This document shows positions 56,251-64,000 of a stretch of 64,000 bases of DNA, piece by piece. The notes beneath the pieces are model-generated. The model was given only the letters and a program-made list of their open reading frames with translations. It was not told the DNA's origin and did no database searches. Position 1 is the first letter of the stretch. Every line of letters begins with the position of its first letter. Source of the DNA: the human T2T-CHM13v2.0 reference genome, Homo sapiens; the NCBI RefSeq assembly GCF_009914755.1, contig NC_060925.1; one strand, 5' to 3'. The translations under genes were made by a program, and so were the position numbers.

Positions 56251-56660
56251 GGACAGGCATGGTAGCTCACACCTGTAATCCCAGCACTTTGGGAGTCCAA
56301 AGTGGGATAGCTGCTTGAGGCCAGCAGTGCAAAACTAGCATGAGCAACATGCAAGACCCCATCTCTATGAAAAATAAAAAATTAGCTGGAGGTGGTGGTG
56401 TGCACCTGTAGTCCTAGCTACTTAGGAGGCTGAGGCAGGAGACTGGCATGGGCCTGGGAGCTCGAGGCTGCAATGAGCTATGTTTGTGCCACTGCACTCC
56501 AGCCTGGGCAACAGAGTAAGACCATGTCTCAAAAAAAAAAAAAAAAAAAAAAAAGAAGAGGAAAAAGAAAAAAAGAAAGAAGAAAGAAATGAAGGACAGG
56601 AAGGAAGGCCAAAGAGAAAGAAAAGGAAGGAAGGGAGGGAGAAAGAGAGGAAGGAAATAG
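56251..56660 (+). mobile_element. AluJ-like element with long A/GAAA tail
   Basis: TSD GAAAATAGAATCTA. Confidence 0.9.
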
Positions 56661-57031
56661 AAAATAGAATCTAAAATATTAACAGTCCCAACTTTTTTTC
56701 CAGGAAGGGGCTATTTCATCCTCATTTAGGAACTGTTTGGCAAAGGTTTTAAGGTCACCCAAAGATGAGACCTAAAGAGTTCACTGCTTCAAAGAAGCCC
56801 TCCTCCAGCCAACTTGAGGCCAAAGTGGTTTGGAGTCAGAAAGTGAAGTATCAGATACACAGAGCTAATCACTTCAGGATTAACTTGATTATTTAATCAG
56901 GAGAAATACAGGGCAGCTGGAATCTCACTATAACGCCACTGCACAGCAAATCCAATTGCCTCATAACTTGGTTCTTTCCAGATTCCAAAACTCCCTTCAT
57001 GGCAGGGACTGGAGTTCACACATTGGTTTCT

Positions 57032-57085
57032 TTTTTTTCTGAGATGGAGTCCTGCTCTTGTCACCCAGGCTGGAGTAGCCTGGCC
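57032..57085 (-). mobile_element. Internally deleted Alu remnant
   Basis: Alu 3' end joined to gcctggcc; TSD CACACATT(G/A)GTTTCT on both sides. Confidence 0.8.
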
Positions 57086-57502
57086 CACACATTAGTTTCT
57101 AAACCCTTACTGAAAACAATCTGATAATTAAGTTAGTCAGGTTTAGGAATCCATCTTTCATATAAACATCAAATTAGGTTAGGCCCTTAGCTCTTGTATT
57201 GTGAAACTTCAGCCAAAAAGAACCCACAAACATTTACTGAGCATCTACCACTTGCCAAGTACTGTGTTAGAAGCTAGAGGAAAGAGAATGGATGAATAAG
57301 ACCCTGTCTCTGACCTAAAGAGGTCCATCTCTCTGGACCAGTCAGATAGTCACAATAAAGCAATGTCAATCAGATTAAAATCCTACCCTTGGAATCAAAA
57401 GACCTAAATTTAAGTTTCAAGCTGACTAGCTGTATGGCCTTTCCTCCAAATCTCAATTTTCTGATTTGCAATGTGGTGGTAACTGTCATTTTATTTACTT
57501 CA

Positions 57503-57877
<375 letters not shown>

Positions 57878-57892
57878 TCAAGATGAAAATGT

Positions 57893-58237
<345 letters not shown>

Positions 58238-58659
58238 TTATAAAAATAGTTGTAATATAAAAAGGAAGCGTCTGTAAAGCAAGGAGTGGAGTGGTTCAGT
58301 AAATGGATGTCTGCACTTGCTGTTCCTTCCATCTCCCGCTAGATATCTGCATGACTCCCCTCATCTCCTCCTAGGCTCTGCTCAAATGTCACCTTATTTA
58401 AGATAGGAGATCCCCCTTTCTCCAGCATTCCATGTCCTCTCTCCCCTACCTTACTCTAAAGCATTGCTCACCATCTGTTACACCGCCTGATTTACATGTT
58501 TGCTGTCTAGTCGTACTAAAATGGTATCTCCACGAGGGGATGGACTTTCATCTGTTCGACTCACTGCCTGGAGCATCGCAGGTGTTCAATAAATATTTTT
58601 CGAGTAAAGTAATGAAGTCAAGATTCATTCTGAGTCATAAGAGGGACTTGGGAGAAAAG

Positions 58660-59400
58660 GAGCGGAGCAGCCGTTATCCCGAGCCCGAATCCTGCCCCTC
58701 GCTCCTCCATCTACTGGCTGGATGACACCCTTCAGAGGCTGTTTCCTTTTTTGGACAGTTTCCGACGGTGGGGCGGCCAAGGTGAATCATGGGCTCCCCA
58801 GCACCTGGGACAGAGATGACCCGGCTGAGGCCAGGCCGGCTCCAGCACTGACCTTGAGCTCTTGGGAGACCCGGGCCTTCTGCCGGTACACGGAGTACAG
58901 GGCGGCGGTGACCACAGAGGTGGTGCCCAGGAGGATGAACTGGCACAGCGAGGGCCGCCCTCCGCTCTCCATGACGGCGGCGAGCCCCGGTGGCCGACTG
59001 TGGCGCCAAGGATAGGCCTGGTGACCCCCGACTCTCCACCTCCTTCCGACCAGGACCGCACCCCCCCGGCCTAACCTGACCGGAAACTCGAAATCAGTCG
59101 CCCAGCGATGACGCACGACGCCGGAACCGGAAGCGGGGCAAGGGGTTGTAGAGGGAACCGGAAGGTGGGGTTGCCCGGGTGACAATCAAGCTCCTGCGGC
59201 CTCCAGGGAGGTCCTGTCTCCCCAGCCGGGTGTCGGAGAGCGATTGGGGAGCTGAGCGACCACCCACCGCTCCATGGCCGTCCCCTTCGAAACACGGCGC
59301 ACTGGCCATGACTGACTCGCCCATCGCCCTGGTTTCCGTCCCTCTGGTTTCCTGGGGTTACTGGGCTGTTTGATGGGTTATTCCATGTCTTCGCCATTAG
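58660..59400. promoter_or_regulatory. MUL1: MUL1 CpG-island promoter with ETS/GABP cluster
   Basis: CCGGAA at 59080, 59121, 59127, 59158; TGACGCA 59109-59115; no TATA box seen. Confidence 0.8.
58853..58972 (-). CDS. MUL1: MUL1 coding exon 1 (MESGGRPSLCQFILLGTTSVVTAALYSVYRQKARVSQELK; TM1)
   Basis: Strong Kozak GCCGCCGTCATGG; donor AAG|GTCAGT; total CDS 1059 nt = 352 aa. Confidence 0.97.
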
Positions 59401-60000
59401 ATTGGCAGGAAATAAAATAATTGTGTATTAAACTCTTATGAGTAATATACGTTTAAGTTTCAGAGCAAACTCTCAAGACTTGGAATTTATTCTGGCCACT
59501 TTACAGATGAGAAAAGTGAGGCCATAGAGGTTAGGGAATGATGTGCTCGAAGTCTAGTGAGTGCTAGAGAGGAATTCACCCAACTCCAAAGCCCTCAACT
59601 CTACCCCAGGAGGGCAGATTATATCACCAAAGTAGCCCCTTAATCTGCCATCACCACATAGAACAACATATTTATTAAATAATAATTACGGCTACGCTTA
59701 GTGCCTATTATGTGTCAGGTTCGAGGCGGGGGAGGTTTTGCAGGCACCATCCCACTGAACCTTCACAACACAGCTATAATGCAGATTACCGATAAAGAAA
59801 CTGAGGCTCAGGTAAGTAACTTGCTCAAGGTTATACAGCTAAAAGCAATAGGTATGGCCATAAAACCCAGGGGATCCTTCTCAGAGACTGTTCCCTGATC
59901 TCTGTAATGCATCTCCTTTCTAAAATAATCGGAGATAACCCAAATCTTTCTTCTAAACATCAGCATTCATTGAGCTATCTCCTACAGGTTATGCTTTAAT

Positions 60001-60343
<343 letters not shown>

Positions 60344-60455
60344 TAGAGGTAGAATTGCTAGGTCAATGGGTGTTGGCACCATTAATCTTGATCAACATTG
60401 TCTAATTTTTCTCCATAATGTCCAATTTTACATTTATGAGCAATATGTGGGAATT

Positions 60456-60753
60456 TCTTTTCTTTTTTTCTGGAGACAGAGTCTCGCTCTGTAGCCCAGG
60501 CTGGAGTGCAGTGGCGTGATCTCGGCTCAGTGCAACTTCCGCCTCCCAAGTTAAGTGATTCTCGTGCCTCAGCCTCCCAAGTAGCTGGGACTACAGGCGT
60601 GCACCACCACGCCTAGCTAATTTTTGTATTTTTGGTAGAGACAAGGTTTCACCATATTGGCCAGACTGGTCTTGAACTCCTGACCTCAAGTGATTCGCCC
60701 GCCTTGGCCTCCCAAAGTATTGGGATTACAGGAGTAAGCCACTGCGCCTGGCC
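60456..60753 (-). mobile_element. Alu (AluS-like)
   Basis: Full dimer. Confidence 0.95.
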
Positions 60754-61476
60754 GGGAATCTCTTTTCACCCACACTTTTGCTAACAAACTTTTTGACAAG
60801 TTCTATTAAAAATTTAAGGTTAGACCTCATTTTAAGTTTGTGTGTGTGTGTGTTTACCAAATTCATGATCATCCCTTGGGTTGAAAATCATCAAAGATAT
60901 CTCACAGTGTTAACAATCTAATGATTCTAGCCCTATTCTTATAGAAAGTAATTCTTATTTGACCCCAATTGTATTTAAGGAATGGAGTTAAAAACTGTTA
61001 TATATAACAGGCTGATTTAATAAAGAAATTTTACTTTTGTGGAGCAGTCTACAGTTTTTAGATACATCATCTGTAGTTTTTAGACACATCTTACCTAGTG
61101 GCCTGATTCAATGTATGTAAAACGTGTCCCTCCAGGCCCAACATTGTTTTTAATAACAAAATAATGAAAGTAAACTAAATGTTATCAATAGTCAGTTGGT
61201 TGAGTAAATTTTTTAAATATATGTATGTGTGCATAGTCAGGTGAAACAGCAAACTGCAAAACTAAAGAGGAACCCCGTTTATTTTTAAAAGGAGAGAGAA
61301 GAGTATACTATATATATTGCATGTCTCCAGAAGGATTCACAAAAAGCTGATAATAATTGGTTCTTTCCATAGAAGGGAATGGGGTGGCTAGAGAACAGAG
61401 AAGGTGACTTTTCACTCTGTTGTATCTTTTGAGTGTGAATGTACAGCATATTTTGAATTAATAAAACTAGAATTTA

Positions 61477-61956
<480 letters not shown>

Positions 61957-63486
61957 TTACTTCACAACCAACAATTACAGAGAGCCTCCTACATCCAAGG
62001 TTCTAGGCTGGGCATTAGGAGATACACCTTATATAGCCAGCCTCTTCCCTCTGACTGGTTAGGGTCTTGTGGGGAGGTAGACATGGACAGTTACAGATTG
62101 CCCCAGGTCCAGTGAAATTAGGACAACCAAGTGCCACAGTAGGGAGATGCTGTTTATTTCCACCAGGGAAGGAATTTGAGTTCTGTTAACAGAATGGAGG
62201 GTGGAGTGGCTGGGATGGAAGTAGGAAAGGCCTTCCATGAAGAGGGGGGAAGAAACAGCAAAGGTACAAAGCTACCAAGAGTTGGCCCAGTATAGCTAGA
62301 GCCCAGGATGTGCGACAGAGAGCAAGGAGCAAGTAATTGAAAAGGAGGGTTGAGGCCAGATCCTGTAGGTCCCTAAATGCCAAACCAAAACTTTAAACTT
62401 CATCATTTTGGGGATGGTATCCATTCCAGTAAAGCTTTTTGAGGATCAGCAAGGGTGCAACCTAACCTGTTTTTTAAAAAATATATATAATCAAAATTCT
62501 TGTATCCTTAGGTTACAGCAAGGAAGAGAACAAAAACGGGTCCTTAAAATAAAACAGGCAGAGTGCTGCACTGCAATAAGTTAGGGGTCCTTGCTTACAG
62601 GTTCTGACTATTTTAGGCCTCCTTGTTTTATTCTCTGGGCCCTTTTATGAGTTCCCTGGGAGCTCATTAAAGCCATCACTCTTAAATGACACAGTTTGGT
62701 TTTAAATAACCCTTCCATTTTTTTTGCCAAAGGCTGAAATCCTTCATTAGCTATGCTGAGCACAGTCCTACTGGGACAGTCTGAAATTTACATCATGTGG
62801 ACCTTGTTAGGAGCAATGAGAGATGGGCAATTTCAGCTGCAGCCAGATGTCCCTAGGGAACCATTCCCAGCCTGGAAGGCTGTCCTCACTGAATCACAAG
62901 TTAAAGATGAGCCTCTGACTTCAAGAAAGGGAGGTAAATTCTAAGGCAGGAGGCAGAGCTTCCTGGGAGAAACAGAGTTACTAAGGACAATGCCACTGGG
63001 GGGCATTTCACTTTAGATTTAATTCAGATTTCCCCTCCGAGGAGCAAAAATTCCCTGTGAGTCACTGGGTAAATGCCTCTTAGGCATTTGCCAAGGTCCA
63101 GGGACCAAATAGGTATGAGAGTGGCCTCTTAGCACCTGCACTGACATTGCCCACAGGTGCCACAGGAAACAGGAAATGAAAAACATGTTAATAGCAGCAT
63201 CAGGTGGTCACTCAGTTTCCTTCCAGAACGTTCTCTTGGGAGAGCACCTGACATAAGAATTATCTAATAAAGTGAACATATTTTTAGTGAGCATTTATCC
63301 TATGCAATGTACTCTCCCAGATGCGTGGCGGGACACAGGGGTAATGTGCAGGACGTGCTCCCTGGCCTCATGGAAGGTACAGGGGAGACTTTTTATGATT
63401 TAATCCCCACCTATTTGTGAAAAAAAATCTGAGATAACTTCATTAAGTGGAACACATCATAAGATAGATGTATTAAAAATAAATAG

Positions 63487-64000
<514 letters not shown>

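Overview
Human (primate) genomic DNA that I recognise as the CAMK2N1-MUL1 locus (chromosome 1p36). There are two spliced protein-coding genes, both on the minus strand. MUL1 (mitochondrial outer-membrane RING E3 ubiquitin/SUMO ligase, MAPL/MULAN) has 4 coding exons: 120+88+121+730 = 1059 nt, 352 aa. CAMK2N1 (CaMKII inhibitor 1) has 2 coding exons: 166+71 = 237 nt, 78 aa. All splice junctions are GT-AG and frame-consistent, and each gene has a CpG-island promoter and a poly(A) signal. The rest is intergenic or intronic: about 27 Alu copies, L1/L2/MIR relics, MER21/MST/MLT1/LTR16-type LTRs, MER20/MER5 DNA transposons and large simple repeats. Nearly all other ORFs in the track are artefacts of repeats, GC-rich DNA or antisense frames. 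I find no evidence for a new multi-gene biological system. The noteworthy signals are small. They include a lone AUG-UGA start-stop element in the long CAMK2N1 leader, a dense CAMK2N1 3'UTR, a 33-bp triplication at an LTR junction giving three AP-1 sites, a 186-bp local templated copy of an LTR piece, abutting inverted Alus beside MUL1 exon 3, a strong CTCF site between the genes, an orphan X-box CpG element, and perfect palindromes that look like template-switch scars. Repeat family names come from recalled consensus similarity, not a RepeatMasker run, and boundaries of old repeats are approximate.
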